DNA of 64,000 nucleotides from Chiloscyllium plagiosum (taxonomy: Eukaryota): NCBI RefSeq assembly GCF_004010195.1, contig NC_057720.1, positions 22,224,243 through 22,288,242 on the forward strand, read 5' to 3'. Below, in pieces: positions 1-13,008 of this stretch. Made by a program: the position numbers and the translations under genes. The notes under the pieces were generated by a model. The model was not told the DNA's origin, ran no database searches, and was given only the letters and a program-made list of their open reading frames with translations. Within the stretch, counting starts at the first letter, position 1, and each line of letters opens with the position of its first letter.

Positions 1-422
1 TTTTGTTAAAGTTGGAGCAATGGAGGCAGCCTGGATGAGTGGGGTTAGCTCTCAGAGACCACTTTGTTGGTTTAGCTTTAATTAGTTTTTGTTGTGTGCT
101 TGAAGAAGTCAAAGCTATCTTCTCCCCTCTCTCAGTTACAGCTAGAAACTGGGGTTTCTCTCTGTAGCTGGGTTACCTGTGACACAAATCAATTTTTCTG
201 AATTTTCCTTTTGGTCAAGGCGTGTGTTTATGGGATGTTACTGCATTGGAACAGTTAATTAATAATAGTTAGTGTATCTATTGTTTTGTTAAGTTTTCAA
301 ATGGAGTTAAGTTAGTTTAATTCCTCTTTCTTTGGTTGTATTTTAACTGTAGTTTTTAAATAAATTGAGTTTGATCAATCGTATTGCTCTGGAAGGGATC
401 TGGTCTGGTCTGGTCCATAACA
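1..422 (+). mobile_element. Probable 3' part of an LTR, truncated by the window edge
   Basis: T-rich block with AATAAA near 359, ending in ...CCATAACA, followed by a change in composition. The 5' end and TSD are not visible. Confidence 0.4.
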
Positions 423-504
423 TTACCACTCCCAGTTGTGCGTTTGGTGTAGCAGGCATTTAATCATAAGAGAAGGTGACACTGGCTTCCTGCTTCTGCC
501 TTGA

Positions 505-600
505 CCTGTGTCTGTGTGTGTGTGTGCATGATTATGTGTGTGTCTGTGCTTGTGTGTACATGTGTGTCTGTGTGCATGATTCTGTACATGTGCATTTGTG
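505..600. repeat. Degenerate (TG)n microsatellite
   Basis: Interrupted tgtgtg/tctgtg runs. Confidence 0.85.
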
Positions 601-1130
601 AGCATGGGGTGCTGAAACTCACCCTCTGCCCTTGCTGCTGGTCCCAGGTGCTCCCAAAACTCATCTGTGGCCTGTGTCCTTTCCTAATCCTGGGCATCGT
701 GTGGGTTCATTTCTGGTAGCAGCCAATAACTTGCTAATGACGCTGCTGCGCACTGAAAAGCTGCAGGTTTCTGACCTGAAACTTTTGGCGTTTGGACCTC
801 GTATCTGCTGTTGGTGAGTCTGAACGAGGTGCAGTTCTTCCCGAAGAAAGATGCCTTAAGGCTCTTGCTCACTGAGTGAGAACCCCATCTCCTACTTTGA
901 ATTCTGACCTGTGTCCAGACCCATATTTCGTTCATTAAAACGATAATTGATGACTTTTCATCTATGGGATTTTACAGAAATTGATTGCTCCCGTACCAAT
1001 ATTTCAGAAGTTTCCATCTAAAAATGTTATTCTGTTTCCACACTGTAAGCAATCTAATCTAATCTTACACCAATCAATCTAAGCAGCATTAATGATTCTT
1101 TTAATTTAATACAAATATTGTTTTATGTAA

Positions 1131-1366
1131 AAACTGAAAGAACTGCGGATGCTGTAAATTAGAAACAAAAACAGAAATTGCTGGAAAAGCTCAGCAGGTC
1201 TGGCAGCATCTGTGAAGAGAAATCAGAGTTAATGTTTTGGGTGCAGAGACTCTTTCTCAGAAGTGTTCTCAGGAAGGGTTACTGCACCCGAAATGTTAAC
1301 TCTGACATCCCTTCACAGGCGCTGCCAGACCTGCTGAGCTTTTCCAGCAATTTCTGTATCTGTTTC
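1131..1366 (-). mobile_element. Penelope-derived fold-back element (family B) with decayed hammerhead motif
   Basis: Inverted arms (agaaattgctggaaaagctcagcaggtctggcagc / gctgccagacctgctgagcttttccagcaatttct). Hammerhead-like motif at 1265-1300. Flanked by tgttttatgtaa (1119-1130) and tgtttcatgtaa (1361-1372). Confidence 0.75.
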
Positions 1367-2459
1367 ATGTAAGTCATCATACACACAATGAACTGCAGGC
1401 CAATATTTAGGTATTGACTGCATCACACCTTTGAAACAAGTTGCAGAGAAAAAGCCCACATGAACAGTGCACAATAACTTAAACAAGAAATATTTTTTTC
1501 GATATGAGATACTAAATGTTTGGGACATGACACAATAGAAGGTACAGGAGATAAGGAAGTGGAAAGACAGTCTTCATCTCATGGCTCCTCACCAAACTAG
1601 GCTTCTCCCCCTTCCATTTTGTCACTCACTGTGAATAAGACATGCACACTAACATTTTTCTGACCAAGTTGCTCCTTCAATTGAAAAGATACGGAATGGT
1701 GAATGGGGTGTGGGACGCCTAGCTGTGCTACATTTTAATCAATCTATTCCTTTTCAGCATGAAGCACGTCTATTTTAGAGGTTTTAGCTACTGAAGAGTG
1801 AACTACTGAATGATTCAGCAGCAGCAAGCGATGGAGAAGGACTGCACTTTCTGAAGTTCCAGCTTGTATTCTACTTCAGTTGGTAAATATGACAATCACA
1901 GCACCATTCTTAGAAGTAGTACTGATGGTCCATCCATCCCAACAATCTTGAATTTCAAAGGAATGGATAACGCAAATGCAGTTGGGAAAGATACTAAAAG
2001 GTCATTGATACCTGAAGAAATAAAAAATGCTGATATGTGGGGCAAATTCCTCTTTTAATGAAAAGCTGCCAATGATTCTTTTCCTCTTTAATTGATAACC
2101 TGCTAATAAAATTGTTCTAATTTAATTTCTAGTGCACATTCTGAGTACATGGGGAATCTGATTTAATTAGGTTGATGACATCTGTCACTCAGTTACTTTA
2201 CTAGTGCCAATCTATTGTAATTTTCTTTCCAAAATATTACTTTCAGATTGTGCAAATGTGAGGAGATTATCAATGTCGATGCAATTAGAGAGTGGGAGAA
2301 AAGGGAAAGCAAGACAGAGGACGTTTTTAACTCCTTAATCATGTGGTTTAAGACGATGATGATATAAAACAATTCATAATTGTGGCAAGGTCACAAAAAG
2401 ACCATCATCTGATAACTGATGGCTGGTTACTAGAATATTGTTGTTCATGACTCCTATTT

Positions 2460-2800
2460 GCAGAGCGTTTCAGAGAACATCTCTGGGACACCCGTACCAA
2501 TCAACCCCACAGCCCTGTGGCCGAACACTTTAACTCCCCCTCCCACTCTCCCGAGGATGCGCAGGTCCTGGGCCTCCTCCATTGCAATTCCCTTACCACC
2601 CAATGCCTGGAGGAAGAACGCCTCATCTTGTGTCTCGGGACCCTCTAACCCCATGGGTTTCTCCAGTTTCCTCATTATCTCTCCACCCCCGAGGCTCCCA
2701 GCCTCATTCCTGATGAAGAGCTTTTGCAGGAAACGTTGATTTTCCTGCTCCTTGGATGCTGCCTGACGTTCTGTGCTTTTCCAGCACCACATTCTTGACC
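2460..2800 (+). mobile_element. Penelope-like element 3' fragment (GIY-YIG C-terminus plus pLTR)
   Basis: Translates ERFREHLWDTRTNQPHSPVAEHFNSPSH...LEEERLI, similar to 10500-10700, followed by cctgatgaagag...gaaacgttga. Confidence 0.85.
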
Positions 2801-4529
2801 GTATACAATTTACATGATTCTCTCATAAGAAACCAAATAAGGGAGCATTGGAGCTCGACATTGTTCAATCATTTACACTTTTAAAAAATAAACTCAAGGA
2901 ACAGTTTTCAATTCTTTCTCTATTCTTTCAGGTACACCAGGCCTCGACATTCAGAATTGAAGGGGATGGAAGTGAAGCTCCTGATTGTAAGGTCCGAGAT
3001 ATGTAGATACTGCAGCCATTAGCTCATTTCAATTGAGCTGGTGTGTTGTGGAGAGGAACAGATAGCTCGCTGTCTGCAGGAACTTGATGATCTGGGATAT
3101 CTAACACCAGGCTGCACCCCTCAGGTGAGCAAGGAATGATGTAAGCAAGTTGGGGAGTGGAGCTTCAAGCCAGGAATAGAGAAATGGTGGAGCAAGAGAT
3201 CAGGCGAACATGGTAACTATAGGGAAGGGAACTGTACTGATTCAGGGCTGGGGGAAAAAGTGAATAGCTGAAGGGAGTGATCAAAGTCTTGATGGCCAGG
3301 ATATGTCAGGCAGCAAATGAAGGTGAGGCTGGGAGTAGCTGACAGTCTCCCCACTTCAGAACAAGATAGCTTTCCTCGTTGGGCATCTAACCAAATTTGA
3401 AGCTGGCTCTTTATTTGCACATACAGAGGAACCAACACCTGTCACAGCCTTGGGCACTGAGCATTCATTTATTGATCCCTACCAATGTGATTCATCATGT
3501 ATATGAGTCTCCTGCTTTCTTCCTAGATTAGGAGATCTGTTTAGTGCCCAAGAAATAAGCAATGCATGACTTAATTTCTAGGCTTTTATCCTCAAGTACA
3601 TTCTGTCACCATTATTTGTCAGCAGTAACAACAAGACTTTGAAAAAATTCTCCTTTTAAAGGCCAAAGTATAGCATTGTCTTTAAGAGTAAAATCTCAAT
3701 TCTTTAAAATGCTTTTAACAGAACACAGAGAGGACGATTAATTTTATACTTGCTGCTGTAGTTATGCCTGATATGTACTGTATCACAAATACAATTCACA
3801 GCTCAACAAAGAATTAATTAAATGCCAAGCAGCACAAATACTGAGGTGACTTGAGTTCATCAATGCCAAAGATTACCATGTACTCTATAAAGCGATAATA
3901 GGTCCACTGTCTAGGAACTGAGTAATGGTTCATTTGGAAACAATCTTTTCATATAAGCACAAATAGCTTGAAACCACTGTTCACAACGTTCAATCTCTCA
4001 GCTTGCTAACATCAGTTTGTAAAATCATTAATTCACAAAAAATATGTAGCTGAATTTGAACTGTTTAATTTATTCTATGCTTCTTTAGTCCCTGCATGAA
4101 TGCAGTTGGATTTTCAGTGCATTTTAAGTTCAAAGTAATTAATAGAGGGAAAAAACCCCACAGACTATTCATTGTTGTTCAGCTTGGCACAATTGGGTCT
4201 CGTGTTGTGATCATTTGTGAAGGAAATGGTAAATTCAGAGAATATTGATCGCAGATAAGGGGGAATTGTCAGGATCTAACAAACCTTAGAAACTTGGGCA
4301 ACATGGGGTTAAAATTCAACTTAATTCAGGAATTCAGACCACCATCTGCCATAAACCTTGCCTGATTTTACATTGAAAGCAGACTATCAAGTTACCAATT
4401 TTCTACCTGCCAAAGTTCTTTTCTCTATCCCATATTTCTCAGTTCTGTTCTGTTTTACGAGCTGTGGGACTGCTACTCCAAAACCTCCTGCAGGAAGATA
4501 TTTTCCTGCTGACCATTCTTCTCATAAAA

Positions 4530-4702
4530 TAGTAATTGAAAATACTCAAGCTGCTCAGCAGGTCAATCAGCATGTACGGAGAATGAAAAAAATAGAATTC
4601 ACCTTTCAGGTTAAGTGACCTTTCATTAGAACCTGCTGAGTATTTTAGGCATATTGCGTTTTTATTTTCAAATTCCCAGCATCAGCAGTATTTTGCCCTT
4701 TT
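4530..4702. mobile_element. Old Penelope pLTR-derived fold-back remnant
   Basis: Inverted motifs ctcagcaggt / acctgctgag and the tail aattcccagcatcagcagtattttg. Confidence 0.5.
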
Positions 4703-5434
4703 GTAAGATGTAAGAGTTTTGCTAACTATGGGGAGGAAATGGACAAAATGGCCGCTTAGGCAGGACATGTCTATCAACCGGACATGTAAATGGCTCAGTT
4801 ACCTGCCAGGCAGATGGGTCAATGTGCCACCAATGTTCCTGAAGCTTGAAATACACCATCGCAGTGGAAAGACAGCTAGATGTCCTGCCAATACATCACC
4901 CTCCCCACTCCAGAAATATTTTGTCAGCGTTTCCATCTTCTAGCCCGTCTTTAGTGGGCTGGGGAAACTCAAGCCGTTATTTTCTTCATCAAGAGAGCTT
5001 TGCTCTATATTACCAATAGGTCTTGCCATTTTACTAATGATGGGATAAATCACCTGCCAATATATTTCCTTGCAATCACTAATGGAAGTCAGAACCAGGA
5101 TGGGGCATTTAGCCCCAAATCTAGGCAAGCATCTGGAATGTGTACTGACTCATGACAACTGAATTCCAATGTCATGAAGGGCAGGATTTTAGCCTGGATC
5201 TCCAGTACTCATTCACTATTATGCTGTGAAAAACATTTTCATAAAACAACAGTGGTGACAAGCTCGCGTTAAGAAATTAATCATTGGAAGATGGATTGTC
5301 CTGTTTCTCGTTGAACCAAACAGGTTTAAAATCATGCTTCGTGCAGGACAGTGCCAAATTTTGTGATTCCATCTTCTGCCCATAGGTGGCTTAGAAGAGC
5401 TGCAATGGTAAGTAACTCACAATATCCTACCTAC

Positions 5435-7200
5435 ATGCTGTAAATTGCCTCATATAAGTCAACCTAGTGTATAAGACAACTCCATCCTATCATCGCCAAA
5501 AACATGCTTTTGGATATACTCTGTACAAGTTGAATCCCTTTTTAGTCTTAAATGCTGTACTCACATGAGAAGACTCTGCCAATTTTTCACCACAAAAACA
5601 CATGTTCTATTTCCCCTTTCTGTAAATCAGCATATTGATCAAGAGGCAATCCGAGCACATATTCTTACAAAGCAGAATGTATACTTGATGAACACTAATG
5701 GGTCCTCCAGCAAAACGAGGGAAGTATGAAGCTGCTTTCAGGATAAAAGGTATAAGGTTTTCCAACTTGCCAAATAACTGTACTGCAGCGAGGGAATTGA
5801 GAAACTGGTGCAAGAATGGAGGAAGGATGAATTCATCCAGTAGAAAATGCCCAAGACCAAATGTGCAATCAGTACAGTGACCAGTCCTTGACCTGATCCT
5901 GAGAAACATGTGTTGAAATGTGTCCTCAGAAATTGTCAGCATGGTTACATTGTCACCAGCGGTGCAATATGTATGTAAGCATTTAAGTTTGGGTGAAATA
6001 AATCACTTGAGTCCAGTAAACATTTCACAAAGAAGCTCAATGATGTCGCCACCTTATGATAAGGACAGTCCATTGTTGTAGAAGACCAAGATTGCTCAAA
6101 GGTTGCCAAAAACCTTCAATACCAAAATTATCACTTTGCTGTGATTTTTTATCAGGCAGTGGCAAAAACACTCTTACCAATTAAGTTACATTGGCAACCC
6201 AGATGTAAGACTCATTTTGGCATATCCAGCTGCCAAACAATAGAGTGGAAAGGTTCAGAAACAGTATTGGTGAGAACGATAGGAGAAAACAGGATTCACG
6301 GTGGCCAATGGAACAAAATTGAAGACGATGGTAATTTTCAAACATAAAAACCATGCTGGACACCAAGCTCCCAATATGTCTATGACAATGGCTGAGTGGA
6401 TGAGAATGGAGTACAGTTATGGATCGATAATGTATGGAATAGGTAGCCTGATGTCTGCATAAAGAATGCAACTTATTTGTGTGGGACATATTCTGATCCC
6501 ATATAGCCAATGAGATCAAGATCTGTACTGAAATCAAATCAACATCATAGTTTTACCAGAGGATACAACATCTGTAGTTTATCCTTTGAAAGTGTGCCTC
6601 AACAAACCATTTGAGGGATAGGTGGATGGTTGAAGACATAACACCTTCACAAAGAATAGAAAATGCATGCTGCTCCACATGATATTTTCTGTGCTTCCAT
6701 TAACAGGTCCTGGGATGCTATTAGTGCCTGCTATCATCAGATCATGATGAGAACATGGACTACACAATTCAATAGATGGAGAACAAAATGATTTGTTGTT
6801 GTGGGATGACTTTGTAAGTGACAATGCCACATCAGATCCAGAGTAGAATCTTTATGTTGATTCTATAGCTGAAGTGATTTGGAATGAATCCAAATAACTT
6901 TTTGTGTTGGATTTCAAAGACAATGAATTTGAAAGTTTTGAAACACCCTAATTGTGATGATGTCCTTGCTTACCAAGATCGGCCTGTACTGCTCGTAAAC
7001 AAAGCTTTTCACTGTACTTTGGTACACGTGACAATAAATCAATCAATCAATCAAAGGTGTCTTTGTAGAGTTAATTCATACATTAAACTGTGCAACCTTA
7101 AATTAATATGAATTACTGGTGTTACCTTTGATTTCACCATGAGGAAGTTTGGATTTTGCTTGAGGGTGAGAAACCTTAGTTTGTGACTAGTATCTTCAAT
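5435..7200 (+). mobile_element. Decayed pogo-family (Tc1/mariner superfamily) DNA transposon
   Basis: Broken transposase fragments: MGPPAKRGKYEAAF (Brinker-type DNA-binding start), RRPR/KIAQRLP, TIEWKGSETVLVRTIG, VWD and VCLNKPF. The left end has repeated tataag motifs. Many stops and frameshifts; the right boundary is approximate. Confidence 0.7.
6960..7054 (+). mobile_element. LINE 3' tail inserted in the pogo element
   Basis: aagcttttcactgtactttggtacacgtgacaataaa followed by (tcaa)n. Confidence 0.55.
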
Positions 7201-7596
7201 TTAGATAAAGGCAAAAGTATGACGAAGACAGAAATCTAAGGAGATATGTTATAACTTTCGACAAAGATAGGCTATCGAGAAAGTAAAAACTCTACAAGAA
7301 TGATGAATTATTTGTGATGAAGTAACAATGGTGAGGTTGCTATACAATTGAAAGAAAGGTCTTATAATGTTACTAGTAGGAGAGAAGGTTAGGAATATTT
7401 TAGAAATTAGGAAAGAGCAGTCTAAACACTGACAGGTCAACCAGACCTGACAGGCTATATCTAAGAGTCTTCAAAGAAATCACAGCTTTTTATCACTTTG
7501 GAAGAATAGAAAGGAAAAACAGACAAATGAAGAGAGACAATAGAATGCTACAGTATAGAGGAATTACACACAAGGAACAATATCCACCGTGTGGAT

Positions 7597-7925
7597 TTAA
7601 AAAAAATTATTCATGGGATCTGCGCATCTCGCTAGGCCAACTTTTATTACCTATCTGCAATTGCCCAGAAGGTTGTTAAGAGTCAAGTATATTGCTGTGG
7701 GTCTGGAGTCACATGATGGCTACCAGGTAAGGATGGCACATATCCTGCATTGCAGGACTCTAGTGAGCTAAATGTGTTTTTACAATAATAGTTATTAGGC
7801 CGGATTTTTATTAAATTCAAATTTCACTATCTGCCAAGATGGGATCCAAACCCATGAGCCCAGAATATCAGATTAGGGCTAAGGATTACTAGTCCAGTGA
7901 TATTACCACTATTCCACCATCTCCC
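7597..7925 (-). mobile_element. tRNA-headed SINE (family 2)
   Basis: Reverse-complement similarity to 12652-13008 over the whole length. Confidence 0.75.
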
Positions 7926-7939
7926 CCAATACAGCAAAT

Positions 7940-8606
7940 AGAACAATGACCAAAAAACAAAGAACAGCACAACACAAGAACAAGCCTGTGCTGACACATG
8001 ATGCCTTTTTAAACTAAACATTTTTGCCTCTACACAGTCTGTATCTCTCCGTTCCCTGCCTATTCATGTATCTCTCAAGATACCTCTTAAATGTTGCTAT
8101 TGTCTCTGATTCTACCACCTCCTCTGGCAGCCCATTCCAGGCACTTATTACCCTCTGTGTTAAAAAAAACCTTGCCTCTCACACCTCCTTTAAACTTTCC
8201 CACTTTTACCTTAAACCTGTGCCCTCAAGTAGTTAACATTTCTACCCTCAGAAAAAGACTCCGACTATCTATTCTCTCCATGTGTCTCATAATTTTGTAA
8301 ACATGTATCAGGTCACCCCTTATCCTTCGACGTTCAAATGAAAACAAACCAATTTTGTCCAATATCTTCTCATAGCTAATACCATCTAAACCAGGGAATA
8401 TCCTGATAAACCTTTTCTGTATCTTCTCCAAAGCCTCCACACCTTTGTGGTAGTGTGGTGACCAGAACTGTATACAATATTCCAAATGTGGCCAAACTAA
8501 AGTTTCATGCAACTGCAACATGACTTGCCAATTTTTATACTCTATGCCCTGACCAATGAAGGCAAGCATGCCATATGCCTTCTTGACCACCTAATCCATT
8601 TGTTTT
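7940..8606 (-). mobile_element. CR1/HER1-type LINE, 3' segment
   Basis: ORF 8225-8590 contains PHLEYCIQFWSPH...LFSFERRRIRGDLIHVYKIM, the CR1 ORF2 C-terminus. Confidence 0.92.
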
Positions 8607-11256
8607 TTTTTAACCCCATCCTCCCAGACTTCGCTCTCAGTGAGGATGAATAATCAGTCCTCAGTAAAGGCCACACCTTCATCCCACTATGCTTCCAGAT
8701 CAACAAATTCAACACGCTTTGTGACATCGACTTTTTCTTCTGCTGTCTCTGCCTTTGTGCCTGCTTTTTCCGTCAGGACTCCCACCCATCCCCAGAGGAC
8801 CCCTTTGCTCATCTCCAACATACTCCATCCACCTGGACACCCTGTGCAGATCTGTTACCCGCCCTCGATCTCTACATCTCCAACTGCTGCCGCGACATTG
8901 ACCACCTCAACCTGTCTAGCCCCCTCACCCACTCCAACCTCTCACCCTTGCAACACTCAGCCCTCCACTCCCTCTGCTCCAGCGCCAACCTCACCATGAA
9001 GCCAATGGACAAAGGGGGTGCAGCAGTAGTTTGGCGCACCAACCTCTACACCGCTGAGACTAGGCACCAACCCATGGACACCTCCTCCTACTGCCCTCTT
9101 GACCATGACCTCACCTCCCATCACCAAACCAGCATCTCCCAGACCGTACACAACCTCATCACCTCAGGGGATCTCCCATTCACAGCCTCCAACCTCATTG
9201 GCCAGGAACCCCGCACTGCCCCGTTCTACGTCTTACCCAAGATTCATAAACCTGACTGTCCCGGTCAACCCATTGTCTCCGCCTAATCCTGCCCCTCCAA
9301 ACTTATCTCCACATACTTTGACACCGTCTTGTCCCCTTTCCTCCAGGATCTCCCCACATACATCCAGGCCACCACCCATGCCCTCCACCTCCTCCATGAT
9401 GTTTGGTTCCCCAGTCCCCAATCCCTTATCTTCACCATGGACAACCAATCCCTGAACACCCCCATCTGCCATGACGAATGCCTCCAAGCATTCCATTTCT
9501 TCCCCTCTCACCAAACTAATCAGTACCCTTCCAGTGACACACCCATTCGATTGGCTGAACTGGCCCTCACCCTCAACAATTTCTCCTTCCTATCCCTCCA
9601 CTTCCTTCAGACCACCTGTATGGGCCCCAGCTATGCCTTCCTTTTTGTCGGGTATGTGGAACAGTCCATCTTCCACAACTACACCGACACCATTCCCCAC
9701 TTTACCTCCACTACATCAATGACTGTGTCGGCACCACCTCATGCTCCCATGGGGAGGTCGAACAGTTCATCAACTTCACAAACACCTTCCACCCTGACCT
9801 AAAGTTCACCTGGATCATCTCGGACACCTGTCTCCCCTTCTTGAACCTCTCCATCTCCATCTCCGCTGGCCGACTCAACATGGACGTCTACTTCGAACCC
9901 ACCAATTTCCACAGCTACCTGGACTACACCTCCACCCACCACCACTCCTGTAAAAATGCTGTCTCTTACTGCCAATTCCTCTGCCTCCACCGCATGTGCT
10001 TCCAGGAGGACCAATTCCACCTTAGAACATCCCAGATGGCCTCCTACTTCAAAGACCACAATTTCCCCTCCCACGTGGTCAAAGATGCCCTCCACTTCCC
10101 ACACCTCCACTTTCATACCCCACACCTTCAACCGCAACAGACAGAACCCACGGTCCTCACCAACCTCTGGATACAAAGCATAATTCTCCACCATTTCCAC
10201 TATCTACAGTCAGACCCTACCACCAGAGATATATTTCCCTCCCTACCTGTATCAGCATTCTGCAGAGACCATTTTCTTGTTAGGTCCACACTTCCCAACA
10301 ATCCACCCTCCACTCCTGGCACCTTCTCGTGCCACCACAAGAGGTGTAAAACCTGCGCCCACACCTCCCTCCTCACCTCTGTCCAAGGCCCCAAAGGATC
10401 CTTCCACATCAGGCAGAGATGTTCATGTACATCCAAACACCTCATCCACTGTGTCCATGGCTCTTGATGTGGTCTGCTCTACATTGGGGAGACAGGACGC
10501 CAACTTGCGGAACATTTCAAAGAACATCCCTGGGATACATGCACCAATTATGCCCATCGCCCTGTGGTTGATTACTTCGATTCCCCCTCACACCCCGCTA
10601 ATGAAATGCAATTCCTGGGCCTCCTCCACCACCAAATCCTAGCCACCTGTCACCTGGAGGAAGAAACCTCATCTTCTGCCTTGGGACCCTCCAACCACAT
10701 GGGATCAATGTCAATTTCAGCAGTTTCCCCATCTCCCTTCCCCCCACTTTATCCCTGATCCAACCCTCCAACTTGGCACCACTCTCTTGAACTGTCCTAC
10801 CTGTCCATCCTCCTTCCTAACTATCCGCTTCACCCTCCACTCTGACCTATCACCATCATCCCCCCAACTTCATCTACCTCCGGGTGCTCCGGTTTCCTCC
10901 CACAGTCCAAAGATGTGCACAGTCAGGTGAATTGGCCATGCTAAATTGTCCGTAGTGTTAGATAAGGGGTAAATGTAGGGGTATGGGTGGGTTGCGCTTC
11001 GGCGGGTCGGTGTGGACTTGTTGGGCCGAAGGGCCTGTTTCCACACTGTAAAGTAATCTAATCTAAAGTAAAGTAATCTAATGTAAAGTAATCTAATCAC
11101 AGTCCTAGCTACCTTGCCCCCAGCCACACAACCTGCCCATTTACCTCTCAACCCTCTTGGGTCTCTCTACAGTCCTGATGAAGGGCTTATGCTCAAAACG
11201 TCAACTTTCCTGCTCCTTGGATGCTGCCTGACCAGCTGTGCTTTTCCAGAACTACA
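8607..11256 (+). mobile_element. Penelope-like retroelement, 5'-truncated and decayed: RT, Cys-rich linker, GIY-YIG, pLTR with hammerhead
   Basis: Motifs KPMDKGGAAVVW, FYVLPKIHKP, GQPIVS, MGPSYA, YLDYTS, CKNAVSYCQF, CHHKRCKTC and LYIGETGRQLAEHFKEH. Hammerhead-like motif at 11171-11206. Flanking duplication ctaatccatttgtttt (8591-8606) / cttatccgtttgtttt (11257-11272). Confidence 0.92.
10878..11098 (+). mobile_element. HE1/V-SINE-type SINE, 5'-truncated, nested in the Penelope 3' region
   Basis: ccgggtgctccggtttcctcccacagtccaaagatgtgc...gggccgaagggcctgtttccacactgt followed by (taatc) repeats. Confidence 0.9.
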
Positions 11257-11924
11257 CTTATCCGTTTGTTTTGCCATATTCATGGAATTGTGGTCTGTAT
11301 GCCTAGATTCTTCTGTACGTGAATGCTTCTAAAGGTTCTGCCATTTATTATATACTTTACTTCTGCATGACCTTGCAAAATGTATTACCTCGCATTTGTA
11401 CAGATTAAATTTCATCTGCCCAAGTCTTTAGCCTATCAAAATCCTGCTGTATCGTCTGGCAATCCTCTTTGACATCCATAGCTTCCCCCAATCTTTGTGT
11501 CATCCACAAGCTTATTAATCAGACCACCCCACATTATCCTCCAAATCATTTATATATTATAAACACTGATCCCTGCGGAACACCACTGGTCACAAATACC
11601 CAGTCATAAAAAACACTGTTTGACCACTACTATCTGTCTCCCATGACCAAGCCAGTTGTGTATCCATCTTACCAGCTCACTATGGATCCTATGTGACTTC
11701 ATCTTCTGTATCAACCTCCCATGAGGCATCTTGTCAAATGCCTTGTTAAGGTCCATGTAGACAACATCCATCACCCTGCTCTCACCACTCATCTTCGTCA
11801 TGTCCTCAAAAACTTCAATCACATTTGTGAGACATAACGTCCCCTGAAGAAAACCATGTTGCTTATCATCAGTAAGTCCATAGTTTTCCAAATATGAGTA
11901 AATCCTGTCCCTAGGAATCTTGTC

Positions 11925-12513
11925 TGACGAGGGCTCTATAAGGCTCTGGTCTGGCCACATTTGGAGTATTGTGCATGGTCTTGGACCCCTTATCTCAGGA
12001 AGGATGCACTGGCCCTGTAGTGTGTTCAGAGGAAGTTCACAAGAATGGTCCAAGGAATGAAAAATTAACATATGAGGAACATTTGAGGACTCTGGGACTA
12101 TATTCAATAGAGTTTAGAAGGATGGGAAGGAGGATAAAATTGAAACTTATAGAATACTGAATGGACTAGATACAGTGGATGTTGGAAAGATGTTTCCATT
12201 AGTGGGAAAGACTAGGACCCGAGGTCACAGCCTTAGAGTAAAGGAAACACCTTTTAGAACATAGATAAGGAGAAACATCTTCAGCTAGAGAGAGGTGAAT
12301 CTGTGGAATTCACTACATAAAAGACAGTGGAGGCCAGGTCACTGAGTATATTTAAGACTGAGATAGATAGGTTCTTGATTTTCAAGAAGATCAAGAGACA
12401 AGGGGAGAAGGTAGTGAAAGGGGATGAGAAACTTATCAGCCATGATTGAATGTCAGTGCAGACACAATGGGCTGAATGGCTTAATTTCTGCTCCCAGGTC
12501 TTATGGTCTTATG
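11925..12513 (+). mobile_element. CR1 LINE 3' segment nested in antisense within an older CR1
   Basis: YEEHLRTLGLYSIEFRRM, gtgaatctgtggaattcact, and a (tcttatgg) tail. Confidence 0.85.
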
Positions 12514-12651
12514 ATTTCCATACCGATGATGTAAGGTTCACTGGCCTGTAATTTCTGGGATTATCCCTGTTGCCCTTCTTAAACAAAACAACAACACTAA
12601 CAATTTTTCAGTCTTCTCGACTAAAAAGGATGTGAAGATTCCTGTTGGGAT

Positions 12652-13008
12652 GTGGGCAATGGCTTAGTGGTATCATCACTAGGCTATTAATCCAGAGACC
12701 CAGGTGATGTTCTCAAGACCCAGGTTTGAATCGCAATGTGCAAATGGTGGAATTCAAATTCAATGAAAATCTGGAATTAGGGGTCGAATGATGACAATGA
12801 ATCCATTGTCAATTCTTGGAAAAACCCATCCGGTTCACTAATGTCCTTTAAGGAAAGGAATTTGCCATCCTTATCTGGTCTGGCCTACATGTGATTCCAG
12901 ACTCACAGCAATGTGATTGACTCACAATTGCCTGTGGGCAGTTAGAGATTGGCAATAAATGCTGGCCCAGCCAATGACAGCCTCATTCTGTGAATGAATA
13001 AAAAAAAA
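12652..13008 (+). mobile_element. tRNA-headed SINE (family 2)
   Basis: A-box-like tggcttagtgg, B-box-like ggtttgaatc, and an A-rich tail (gaatgaataaaaaaaaa). Second copy at 7597. Confidence 0.8.

Noticed and set aside
423..719. His/Thr- and Cys/Val-rich ORFs
   Set aside because: They are translations of a (TG)n microsatellite.
640..935. Possible gag-like coding next to the LTR-like end
   Set aside because: No convincing motif, and no primer-binding site or polypurine tract identified.
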